A DNA stretch of 64,000 nucleotides from an uncultured delta proteobacterium (GTDB taxonomy: Bacteria > Desulfobacterota > Desulfobacteria > Desulfobacterales > Desulfatirhabdiaceae). The DNA lies in the NCBI GenBank assembly GCA_963789395.1, contig CAWBKP010000024.1, forward strand, positions 224,001 to 288,000, in the 5' to 3' direction. Below the pieces are notes generated by a model, which saw nothing but the letters and a program-made list of their open reading frames with translations, did no database searches and was not told where the DNA came from. Positions within the stretch are counted from its first letter, which is position 1. Each line of letters begins with the position of its first letter. A program made the translations under genes and the position numbers. Of this stretch, positions 55,242 to 64,000 are shown one piece after another.

Positions 55242-55577
55242 ATGACTAATGACGCTGTTGCAACAAAAGGCGTTTCGTTTGATTTGAAAGAACATGTCAC
55301 CTACGCTATCGGGGCGGTTGTCAGCAAAACGCTACTGAAAAAAGATACCGGCAACATCACCCTGTTTTCATTTGACAAGGGGCAGGGGCTTTCCGAGCAC
55401 ACATCGCCGTACGATGCGGTTGTAAATGTGCTGGACGGCGAAGCGGAAATCACCATCGGCGGCAAGATGCAGACGGTCAAAGCCGGACAGATGCTGATCA
55501 TGCCCGCTGATGTCTCTCATGCCCTCTTTGCGCAGGTTCAGTTTAAAATGCTGCTTATCATGATCCGGGGAAAATAA
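55242..55577 (+). CDS. Cupin domain protein
   Basis: FSFDKGQGLSEHTSP, LDGEAEITIG, MPADVSHAL. Confidence 0.88.
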   Translation: MTNDAVATKGVSFDLKEHVTYAIGAVVSKTLLKKDTGNITLFSFDKGQGLSEHTSPYDAVVNVLDGEAEITIGGKMQTVKAGQMLIMPADVSHALFAQVQFKMLLIMIRGK

Positions 55578-55579
55578 AG

Positions 55580-56154
55580 ATGATCCGTTATACCGGCATC
55601 AACCATCTGGCCATGGCCACCGGCGATATGGACGAAACGATCCGCTTCTGGCGGGATCTTCTCGGCATGCGTCTGGTGGCGGGTCTGGGACGTCCGGGTT
55701 ACCGCCATTATTTTTTTGAAATAACCGGTCACGACATGATTGCGTTTTTGAATGGCCCGGCGTGGAAAAGGTGGATTTAAAGGATCACGGTGTTCCGGTC
55801 AAGGGTCCGTTTGCTTTTGATCACGTTTCCTTTGAAGTAGAAAGCGACGCGGATCTCTGGGAGCTGAAAGACAAACTTGAGGCATGCGATATCTGGGTGT
55901 CCGAGATCATTGATCACGGGTTTATTCATTCCATCTACACATTTGACCCGAACAACATCGCCATTGAATTCAGCGCGCCGGTCAAAGGCGTCAATATCCG
56001 GAGCCGGCCTGTCAACACGGACAGCCTGCCCACGGAAATCGCTCGAGAAGGTTCGGAACCCCAGCCGGGTCACTGGCCGCAGCCGCTACGGCCCACTGCG
56101 CCGCAAGACCGCCTGGTTTATCCGGGCGAAGGCCGGATTCTGTTGATGGATTAA
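55580..56154 (+). CDS. VOC/glyoxalase family protein (indel near 55750)
   Basis: GINHLAM, FWRDLLG, FDHVSF, SIYTFDPNNIAIE. Confidence 0.83.
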
Positions 56155-56275
56155 TTGAAACAAGATAATATTTCCGAAGCGCAATGGATAACTATAGCGT
56201 TTTGTTTTTCCGGGCGGTTGAGTCCCATGAGGCATATATAACCACGCGTTTCAAACGTAATTCTCGAATAATCCA

Positions 56276-56917
56276 TCAAATCATCCCTTTTTCTGCAAGT
56301 TGTGCAAGATAGGCGGATGCGGAAGCTTTGGGTATTTTCGAAAGCCGCTGCATCAGATTAAAGGATACTTGACGGAACTTGTAGGCGGCTTTTAGTTCGG
56401 TAATCATGGAAATCCATAGATGTGCTGTCATTTCGGCATCCGCAAGTGCCCGGTGAAAGGTACCGTCTGTGACGATATCCGTGTACCGGACAAGCGCTTG
56501 CAGATTGTGGCTGGGCGCATCCGGATAGATTCGGCGCGATGCCAGCATCGAGCAGGCAAATTGCTGGCTGCGGCATATTCCGATGCGCCGGAGCTCGGCA
56601 TCCAGGAACCGCCGGTCAAAACCGGCATTGTGAGCCACCAGTGGGTGCTCGGCCATGAAGCCCGAGAATTCGTACATGACGTCGGCGATAGGCGGCGCCT
56701 TTTTCAGCATTGCGTTGGTGATTCCCGTGTACTCCTGAATAAACAGACTGATGCGCTTTCCGGGATTCATCAGGCTCTGAAAGCGATTCACAATCTGATT
56801 GTCACGGACAAGGACAGCTCCGATTTCGATGGTCCGATCCCCATTGTCCGGGGAAAGGCCGGTCGTCTCAAAGTCCAGAACCACAACACTGATAGTTACC
56901 CAAATTACACTCCGCAA
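56276..56917 (-). CDS. DEDDh 3'-5' exonuclease (DnaQ/epsilon-like)
   Basis: LDFETTG, VAHNAGFD, HRALADA. Confidence 0.9.
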   Translation of the reverse strand: MRSVIWVTISVVVLDFETTGLSPDNGDRTIEIGAVLVRDNQIVNRFQSLMNPGKRISLFIQEYTGITNAMLKKAPPIADVMYEFSGFMAEHPLVAHNAGFDRRFLDAELRRIGICRSQQFACSMLASRRIYPDAPSHNLQALVRYTDIVTDGTFHRALADAEMTAHLWISMITELKAAYKFRQVSFNLMQRLSKIPKASASAYLAQLAEKGMI

Positions 56918-57054
56918 TTCGTAAGTGTAACGAATCCTTCAGAGGCATTCACCCGAGCAGGCTGTCCGGTTCTTCAGCAGGTTGAGGGCCTCGGCATCAA
57001 GAAGTAATCATGGGAAAGCCGTACTGGGTTCGGACGAACAAACGGTAAAATGCA

Positions 57055-58272
57055 TCAGAGCTTGTCGAGTCCAAACTCAGAGTGGAGGGCCCGAACCGCC
57101 AGTTCTGCGTATTTTTCGACAATGACGCAGGAGATGCGGATTTCAGAGGTGCTGATCATCAGGATGTTGATGTTTTCTGCAGCCAGTGTGCCGAACATGC
57201 GGGATGCAACGCCGGAATGGTTCTTCATGCCGACCCCGATGACCGACACCTTGGCGATATTGGTGTCCCCCAGAACATCTTCTGCGCCGATTTCAGCGGC
57301 AATCTTGCGCGCCAGTTCCATGGCCTGTTCAAAGTCGACCTTTGGCACTGTAAAAGTCAGATCATTGAATTTTCCCGAATGCCGGTTCTGTATGATCATG
57401 TCAACATTGATGCCTGCAGCGGCAATGGGTGAGAAAATCTTTGCGGCAATGCCGGGCTGGTCCGGCACCTTGATCAGGGTAATGCGGGCTTCCTTTTTGT
57501 TGACGGTAACGCTGGATACCACCAGGCGCTCCATGCTGTTGTCTTCATTCATCACCATGGTTCCTTCCTCCTCTGAAAATGACGATCTGACGTGAACCGG
57601 AACATTGTATTTTTTGGCAAACTCAACCGAGCGGATTTGGAGAACCTTGGCGCCGAGACTGGCCATTTCCAGCATTTCATCATAAGATATCCGGTCAATT
57701 TTTTTTGCAGCCCTGCAAATATTGGGATCCGTGGTATACACGCCGTTGACATCCGTGTAGATTTCGCAGATATCGGCTTTGATGGCCGCTGCAATGGCAA
57801 CGGCCGAGGTGTCTGATCCGCCGCGGCCAAGAGTGGTAATGTTTCCGTTGGTATCACAACCCTGAAAACCGGCCACAACGACAATGCGGCGACTATCAAG
57901 AAGTTCCTTGATACGCCCGGCGCCGATATCCATAATCCGGGCATTTCCAAACGTGCAGTCCGTAACCACTTCCGCCTGGTGCCCCAGAAGGGACTGGGCC
58001 GGATACTGCATGGCATTCAGGGTCATGGCCAGGAGCGCTGCCGTGGTCTGCTCGCCGGTTGCCAGCAGCACGTCCAGTTCGCGTTTTTCCGGATAATGGG
58101 TGATCTGTTGCGCCAGATCGATGAGGCTGTCGGTGATGCCGGCCATGGCAGACAGAATCACCACCACGTCATTTCCCTGGTCATAGGTTTTTATCACCCG
58201 ATTGGCGACATTTCGGATGCGGTCAATATCCGCGACGGAGGTTCCGCCGTATTTCTGGACGATCAGTGCCAT
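57055..58272 (-). CDS. lysC: Aspartate kinase
   Basis: [19 protein letters not shown], two ACT domains, ISTSEI. Confidence 0.96.
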   Translation of the reverse strand: MALIVQKYGGTSVADIDRIRNVANRVIKTYDQGNDVVVILSAMAGITDSLIDLAQQITHYPEKRELDVLLATGEQTTAALLAMTLNAMQYPAQSLLGHQAEVVTDCTFGNARIMDIGAGRIKELLDSRRIVVVAGFQGCDTNGNITTLGRGGSDTSAVAIAAAIKADICEIYTDVNGVYTTDPNICRAAKKIDRISYDEMLEMASLGAKVLQIRSVEFAKKYNVPVHVRSSFSEEEGTMVMNEDNSMERLVVSSVTVNKKEARITLIKVPDQPGIAAKIFSPIAAAGINVDMIIQNRHSGKFNDLTFTVPKVDFEQAMELARKIAAEIGAEDVLGDTNIAKVSVIGVGMKNHSGVASRMFGTLAAENINILMISTSEIRISCVIVEKYAELAVRALHSEFGLDKL

Positions 58273-58757
58273 AGGTTCTCCTTTAAACGATGTTCTATTC
58301 GGGTCAACAATTGAACCTGTTGATCCCCGTCAGCAGTAAAAACAATGTTGCGTGTGTTGTCTCCGGTTATCTCCATTTGGAGGGTAAGGCATCTAAAAAG
58401 GGTATCCGGTGAAAGCCGTTCCGCCCATTCGATGGCAACAACGGCCGATTTCGTATCCAGGATATCATAAAGACCGATATCCTCAAAATCCATTTCCGAG
58501 AGCCGATACAGATCTATATGAAACAGGGGAAGTCTTCCGGGATATTCTTGGACCAGGGTATAGGAAGGGCTGGTGACATATATTTTTTCCGGAACGTTCA
58601 GCCCCCTTGCAAGTCCCTGAACCAGGGCTGTCTTCCCGCTTCCCAGGTCTCCTTTAAGTGCGATAATGATGCCGGCCTCAGCCATTTCGCCGATGATCTT
58701 TCCAATAAGGCGGGTTTCCTCATCGCTGCGGGAAGATATGCTAAACGGGCGAATCAT
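58263..58757 (-). CDS. tsaE: tRNA threonylcarbamoyladenosine biosynthesis ATPase
   Basis: [25 protein letters not shown]. Confidence 0.94.
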   Translation of the reverse strand: MIRPFSISSRSDEETRLIGKIIGEMAEAGIIIALKGDLGSGKTALVQGLARGLNVPEKIYVTSPSYTLVQEYPGRLPLFHIDLYRLSEMDFEDIGLYDILDTKSAVVAIEWAERLSPDTLFRCLTLQMEITGDNTRNIVFTADGDQQVQLLTRIEHRLKENLWH

Positions 58758-60349
58758 GTCTCCTGCAGCTTTCGGTCTTCAGTCTTCAGACTGTAAATTT
58801 CCCGGATGGCTCCAGGCAGCGCTCCGGCCACTTCCGATGCCAGAAATCCAAACGGTCCCTGGAATTCGCAAAGTGCGTCCGCGGCTTTGCCATGAAGATA
58901 AACACCGGCGTGAGAGGCGGCTTCCGGCCCCATACCCTGTGCCAGCAACCCTGCAATAACGCCGGTAAGCACGTCTCCCATGCCGCCGGCTGCCAGTCCC
59001 GGATTTGCGGTCAGGTTGATATACACGGTTCCGTCCGGATGCGCAATTATGGTTCTGGCGCCTTTTAGAATAAGGTGAACATGATGGGTCTGGGAAAACC
59101 GTCTGGCGGTTCCGATCCGGTCCGCCTGAATATCCGAAACGCTCTGTCCTGTCAATCGGGACATTTCCCCGGGATGCGGGGTTAAAACGGCAGGCGCCTT
59201 CAGGCTGTGTAATACATCGAGGCTGTCGCTGATGCAGTTTAAGCCATCCGCGTCCAGAACCACAGGTATGGAAATTTCGCGGAGAATTTCAAGTACAAGT
59301 TTACGGGTCTCTATCGATGCGCCCATTCCGGGGCCCATGGCCAGACATTTTTTCCCCTGAAGCTGCTCCCGGATGCTGTCACAGAGAGAATCGTCCAAGA
59401 TGCCTTCATGTTGTCCATCCAACGGAGCGGTCATGATTTCCGGGACCTGGGATTGGACGATGGCATTGAGGCTTTTGGGGATTGCCAGTGTTACCAGCCC
59501 GGCGCCGGTCCGCAACGCACCTATCCCGCTCATGATCACAGCCCCGGCTTTTCCGGTGGAACCGCCGACCACCAGTACATGCCCGGCCGTTCCCTTGTGA
59601 CTGGTCGGTGCTCTTCGGGAAAACGAGCGGGTGACGGCCTCGGCCGTCAGGATGTGGTGTCTGGGGCCGATAGCCTCGACAATATGCGGCGGAATACCGA
59701 TATCGATGATTTCCAATCGGCCGGTGAACCCGGCTCCCGGATACAGAATATGTCCAATTTTCGGGAAACCGAAGGTAACGGTGGTATGCGCCTGAATGCA
59801 GGCTCCGCACATCATTCCCGTATCCGCATTCAGGCCGGATGGCATGTCAACGGCGATTACGGGCCGACTCAGGCCGTTCAAAAAATCAATGACTGCCCGG
59901 TATAGCCCTTTCACCTCGGCATTGAGTCCGGTTCCCAGAAGTGCGTCCACCCATATATGATGACCACGCATGGCTGTATGGTGCTGCGTCAGGGAATGCA
60001 GGTCCGTAATTTCAACAACCGGCACTTTCAGCAAATCCAGAAGCTTCAGATTGGCAGCTGCATCGCCTTTTACGGCGGCACGTTCAGAAACGAGGTAAAC
60101 GCTGACGGACGCGCCCAAGCCGGACAGATATCGGGCGATGACAAATCCGTCTCCGCCGTTGTTTCCCCTTCCGGCAACGATGCCGATTCGCTGATTCTGC
60201 CCAGAAGTAGTAATGGCCGGAAATGCCTTTATCAGAACATCGACAACCCCTCTGCCGGCATTTTCCATCAGTACCCGGCCCGGAAGGCCGAATGATTCGA
60301 TGGTTTCCCTGTCCATTTGCTGCATTTCAGAAGCGGTTACAATATACAT
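58754..60349 (-). CDS. nnr: Bifunctional NAD(P)H-hydrate epimerase/dehydratase
   Basis: LMENAG, GNNGGDG, DALLGTG, HKG..G, TPHPGEM, GGMGDVL; start ATG 60349. Confidence 0.93.
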   Translation of the reverse strand: MYIVTASEMQQMDRETIESFGLPGRVLMENAGRGVVDVLIKAFPAITTSGQNQRIGIVAGRGNNGGDGFVIARYLSGLGASVSVYLVSERAAVKGDAAANLKLLDLLKVPVVEITDLHSLTQHHTAMRGHHIWVDALLGTGLNAEVKGLYRAVIDFLNGLSRPVIAVDMPSGLNADTGMMCGACIQAHTTVTFGFPKIGHILYPGAGFTGRLEIIDIGIPPHIVEAIGPRHHILTAEAVTRSFSRRAPTSHKGTAGHVLVVGGSTGKAGAVIMSGIGALRTGAGLVTLAIPKSLNAIVQSQVPEIMTAPLDGQHEGILDDSLCDSIREQLQGKKCLAMGPGMGASIETRKLVLEILREISIPVVLDADGLNCISDSLDVLHSLKAPAVLTPHPGEMSRLTGQSVSDIQADRIGTARRFSQTHHVHLILKGARTIIAHPDGTVYINLTANPGLAAGGMGDVLTGVIAGLLAQGMGPEAASHAGVYLHGKAADALCEFQGPFGFLASEVAGALPGAIREIYSLKTEDRKLQET

Positions 60350-60362
60350 AAGCGTGATGGTT

Positions 60363-60851
60363 TTATATGGCGTTTTCAGGTTCCCATAAGTAATGGATGC
60401 CGGATCTGGGAACCGTGAGCCGGATCTGTTCCAGCAGGCTTCTGGATTTTTCTTCCATGATTTCTGCCCGGGCTGAATCGTGTTCATGGGTAAATCCGGC
60501 CAAGTGAAGCGTGCCGTGAATCAGGAGCTCGATCAGGCGCTGTCGAAAGGAAATGCCGGCGACCTTGGCTTCTTTTTCCGCCGTGTCAGCCGATATGACC
60601 ACATCCCCCAGCAATAAAGGCGAAACCTGCGAGAACTCGCCTTCCTGCATGGCAAAAGAAATCACATTGGTCGGGCCTTCATGCCGGCGGTATTCACGGT
60701 TGATGGTTTCAATCTGGGGATCATCGACGATTAGAAGAGACAGCTCATGGTCAGGATAACCCAAGTCGTTTAAGATGGCTTGTGCCGTCTGCTTGAGGAT
60801 CTTTCTGGGGATCATTTTCCGGTTTTGCCGGTTGCTTATCAGAATGCCCAT
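60363..60851 (-). CDS. ybeY: rRNA maturation RNase YbeY
   Basis: PTNVISF, LGDVVIS, HGTLHLAGFTH. Confidence 0.92.
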   Translation of the reverse strand: MGILISNRQNRKMIPRKILKQTAQAILNDLGYPDHELSLLIVDDPQIETINREYRRHEGPTNVISFAMQEGEFSQVSPLLLGDVVISADTAEKEAKVAGISFRQRLIELLIHGTLHLAGFTHEHDSARAEIMEEKSRSLLEQIRLTVPRSGIHYLWEPENAI

Positions 60852-63150
60852 CTTTTGCCTTTCCGCCAACCAGTACCAGTGCTTCGCTATATTCAATCCG
60901 GTGATGGTGAATGCCGTTTAAAATCCTGTTGAAAGTTTTGGCAATGCTGTTCAGATCCTTGAGGGTCAGCTCGCAGTTATTCAGTTGTCCATCTGAAAAC
61001 ACCTTGTTGATCAGTTTCTGAACGAGTCCCTGGATTCTGGCCGGGGTTGGATTGTCCAGGGTTCGGGAAGCTGCCTCCACCACGTCGGCCAGCATCAGCA
61101 GGCCGGCTTCGCGTGTCTGCGGTTTGGGTCCGGGATACCGGTAGTCATCCGCATTGACTTCTTTGTCACCTTTAAGCTGCTTGGCTTTTTCATAAAAGTA
61201 ACTGATAAGGCTGGTGCCGTGAGACTGCTGTATGGTATCGGCGATTGTCTGGCCCAGTTTATGCTCCATAGCTATTTCCACGCCGTCCTTGACATGGGCG
61301 ATCAGGATTCTTCGGGACATGGAAGGCGCCAGCTTGTCGTGCTTGTTCTTGCCGTTGGACTGATTTTCAATGAAATACAGCGGTTTTTTGACTTTTCCGA
61401 TGTCATGGTAATATCCACACACCTTTGCCATCAATGGGTTGGCGCCGATTTCAGATGCAGCGGCTTCCACCATGGACCCCACGATTACTGAATGATGATA
61501 GGTGCCAGGCGCTTCGATCATCAGTTTTCGCAGAATGGGGCAGTCCAGGTTGGAAAGCTCCAGCAGTTTGATGTCGGTTGTGTACTCGAAAATGATTTCA
61601 ACCAGCGGCGCAAGGCCGGCAGCCACTATACCGGAGCCGATACCGCCAAGAAAAGCAAAAGACAGGTTCCACAGCAGCTCGGACACATAAAAATCCGCGC
61701 TGAGAAACGTCATGGCCGAGGCCAGAACGATATTGAGCAGGCCGATGCGAATTCCGGCCTTGATAAACACTTTTCGTTCCCGACAATGCTGCATGCAGTA
61801 AGCAGCTGTCAGGCTGCTCAGCATAAAATAAACAAAAATATCGAAGCGGTTCTGGAAAATAAATGCAGTGGCAACGGAAAGGATCAGGGCAAATGCAGTT
61901 GCCACATTCAACCCCATGAACAGGCAGACCGTCATGGCGCCGGATGCCATTGGAACGCCAAGCAGCATGGCGGACAAGGAAACACCGGATGATGTTTTCT
62001 GAGCCAGGGTTTCAGACAGGGTGACCGATACCCGCGCAACCAGAAAAAACACAATAAGCATACAGGATAAAAACAGCAGGTCATTATTGAGATTCCGATT
62101 GACCGGACGGTTGTGGTATTTAAGGAGAATAAAAATGATGCAAAGCAGGCAAACCATCATGATGGTGGCACCGACTCCGATAGACAGTTTCAGATGCTGT
62201 TTTTCCTGTGCCTGCAGGGCATTGATTTTGAAAAGATGATCAATGGTCACCCGCTCGCCTTCGCGCATCAGCATTTCTCCGGCCTTGATCTTGTACAGAA
62301 CGGGTTTGACACTGTCGTATGCCTTCTTTTTCCGCTCTTCGGTCTCTTTCCGGTTAAAGGTGATATTGGGCTTAATCATTTGCTGAACAAATTCTACAAT
62401 CAGGTTCCTGAGATTGGCATTGACATCATTTAGAAGCGGGGCCCCAACTACCCGAACCATGGTTTTGGCCTGGTCCAGCCCGTAAAACGATTTCAGGCGG
62501 ATACTGATGGTTTCGGAAAGGGTTGCGATGTCTCTAAGGATAATGCCTTTGTCCATTTCTTTGAGAAGAACGTCTTTATTGGATACAACCCCGTTTTCAA
62601 GAACCGTGGACAATATGCGGACGATTTGATCGGCGACGGGTTTGGAAAATTCCTCTTTTTCCAGGATGGCGTAGTTGCCATCGCTAACTGAAAAGCCGAT
62701 TGCTGCTTCGAATTTTGATTTTTGTTCCAGGATGCGATCGTGCAGGTTGGGTTTGTGAAGGGAAATGGCAGGCGGTCCCGCACCGGAAAGGGCATTTGCG
62801 GTTTCCGGGGTTTTATCACTCTCAATGACCCGTCGAACCAGCCCAAATGCCTGTCCCACGCCCTTCGACAAAGCAGGCGCAAGGAGGGAGTCCAGATCAT
62901 ATACCGAAAGAACTTCTTCCATGGCTTTGTGTCGGTTGGTTTCCGTGGCATCTGGGTCTTCAATCAGAAAACTTTTAGGGGATTTGACATCCCTTTCAAC
63001 CACATCTCCCAGGTTGTAGGAAAGCGGGTTGTGGATCAGATTGGGGTAAAGTAGAGATAGAAAGACAAGCGTTATGACGGAAAGCAGGATCCATCTTAAA
63101 TGAGGACTGGTATAAATAAAGGTGGTCAGCGTTTTTTTAATTTTTCCCAT
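60751..63150 (-). CDS. 7TM-HD phosphohydrolase (PgpH-like c-di-AMP phosphodiesterase family)
   Basis: Extracellular 7TMR-HDED region, TM helices, APGTYHHS, YYHDIGK, ADVVEAASR. Confidence 0.9.
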   Translation of the reverse strand: MGKIKKTLTTFIYTSPHLRWILLSVITLVFLSLLYPNLIHNPLSYNLGDVVERDVKSPKSFLIEDPDATETNRHKAMEEVLSVYDLDSLLAPALSKGVGQAFGLVRRVIESDKTPETANALSGAGPPAISLHKPNLHDRILEQKSKFEAAIGFSVSDGNYAILEKEEFSKPVADQIVRILSTVLENGVVSNKDVLLKEMDKGIILRDIATLSETISIRLKSFYGLDQAKTMVRVVGAPLLNDVNANLRNLIVEFVQQMIKPNITFNRKETEERKKKAYDSVKPVLYKIKAGEMLMREGERVTIDHLFKINALQAQEKQHLKLSIGVGATIMMVCLLCIIFILLKYHNRPVNRNLNNDLLFLSCMLIVFFLVARVSVTLSETLAQKTSSGVSLSAMLLGVPMASGAMTVCLFMGLNVATAFALILSVATAFIFQNRFDIFVYFMLSSLTAAYCMQHCRERKVFIKAGIRIGLLNIVLASAMTFLSADFYVSELLWNLSFAFLGGIGSGIVAAGLAPLVEIIFEYTTDIKLLELSNLDCPILRKLMIEAPGTYHHSVIVGSMVEAAASEIGANPLMAKVCGYYHDIGKVKKPLYFIENQSNGKNKHDKLAPSMSRRILIAHVKDGVEIAMEHKLGQTIADTIQQSHGTSLISYFYEKAKQLKGDKEVNADDYRYPGPKPQTREAGLLMLADVVEAASRTLDNPTPARIQGLVQKLINKVFSDGQLNNCELTLKDLNSIAKTFNRILNGIHHHRIEYSEALVLVGGKAKDGHSDKQPAKPENDPQKDPQADGTSHLKRLGLS

Positions 63151-63152
63151 AA

Positions 63153-64000
63153 TTATTTTGTCCTGCCGTTTTCAAGGTCTTCATATGCTTTGATGATGTC
63201 CTGAACCAGGCGGTGGCGGACGACATCTTCCTTGGAAAAAAAGACAAATTGAATGCCGGGAATATCCTGAAGAATTTTTTTTGCTTCGATGAGGCCGGAC
63301 GGTTTTTGGGAAGGCAAATCAATCTGAGTGATGTCTCCGGTAATGACAGCCTTGGCGTTGAAGCCGATCCGGGTCAAGAACATTTTCATCTGCTCCGAAG
63401 TGGTGTTCTGCGCTTCATCCAGAATGATGAATGCATCGTTTAACGTCCGGCCTCTCATGAAAGCAATGGGCGCTACCTCGATGGCGCCCTGTTGAATCAG
63501 GCTGGCTGCTTTTTCAAAGCGCATCATGTCGTGAAGCGCATCATAGAGAGGTCTGAGATAGGGGTCGACTTTTTCCGAGAGATCCCCGGGCAAAAATCCC
63601 AGGGCTTCACCGGCTTCGACGGCAGGCCGGGTCAGAATGATGCGACGAACCGTTCCCTTGGAAAGCTCGGATACCGCCATGGCCATGGCCAGATACGTTT
63701 TGCCGGTTCCTGCCGGGCCGATGCCGAATACAATGTCATGAGTTCTCATGGCGTCAATATAGTCTTTCTGGGAACGGCTCTTGGGGGAAATAGGGGTTTT
63801 CTTGGAGGTCATAAAGACCGTATCCAGAAAAAGGTCTTTTAATTTGGCGCTGTCATCGGAACTGAGAACGCGAATGGCATAGTCGATGTCCGTGGGGTAA
63901 ACGGAATAACCGCTTTTCAACAGGTCATAGAGCTGATTGAGAATATTTCTTGCAAGCGATTCCGCAAAGGATTCTCCCTGAATCATGACCGTATTGCCCC
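63153..64000 (-). CDS. phoH: PhoH family ATPase (5' end outside window)
   Basis: [40 protein letters not shown]. Confidence 0.93.
   Translation of the reverse strand, partial: GNTVMIQGESFAESLARNILNQLYDLLKSGYSVYPTDIDYAIRVLSSDDSAKLKDLFLDTVFMTSKKTPISPKSRSQKDYIDAMRTHDIVFGIGPAGTGKTYLAMAMAVSELSKGTVRRIILTRPAVEAGEALGFLPGDLSEKVDPYLRPLYDALHDMMRFEKAASLIQQGAIEVAPIAFMRGRTLNDAFIILDEAQNTTSEQMKMFLTRIGFNAKAVITGDITQIDLPSQKPSGLIEAKKILQDIPGIQFVFFSKEDVVRHRLVQDIIKAYEDLENGRTK

Overview
64 kb of a chromosome that looks like a Desulfobacterota (Desulfobacterales-like) anaerobe. The clues are a BamB-type tungsten enzyme, a 'KPSYEELEHRI' kinase leader and the phoH-pgpH-ybeY-nnr-tsaE-lysC block. About 20 genes are split by single-base indels, most likely uncorrected long-read errors, and I annotate them as reconstructed CDSs. 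Two accessory systems stand out. (1) At 7976-19007, a divergent aromatic-catabolism island: a 2-aminobenzoate(anthranilate)-CoA ligase-like gene sits directly upstream of a stand-alone paralogue of BamB, the tungsten catalytic subunit of class II benzoyl-CoA reductase, with no bamC. Facing it are a TetR, a VOC enzyme, an Nba-like aromatic-acid ABC importer and an arylformamidase-like hydrolase. This is a candidate anaerobic anthranilate pathway with a dedicated W-dependent 2-aminobenzoyl-CoA reductase. A GntR-trpB-trpA operon abuts it. (2) At 21056-31587, an alternative complex III lacking the Fe-S subunit ActB (actCD fusion, actF, actA, actE) is interleaved in one operon with a cbb3-type oxidase (ccoN, ccoO-cytochrome c fusion, ccoS, ccoI). 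Also present: an adenylate cyclase-PEGA/TssQ-like pair, a DAC-domain protein, a GGDEF protein, a hybrid kinase, an orphan NorD/CbbO-like VWA protein, RNA helicases, a MITE-like palindromic element and housekeeping genes. I saw no rRNA, tRNA or CRISPR array. Family assignments come from motifs recalled from memory, not from database searches.
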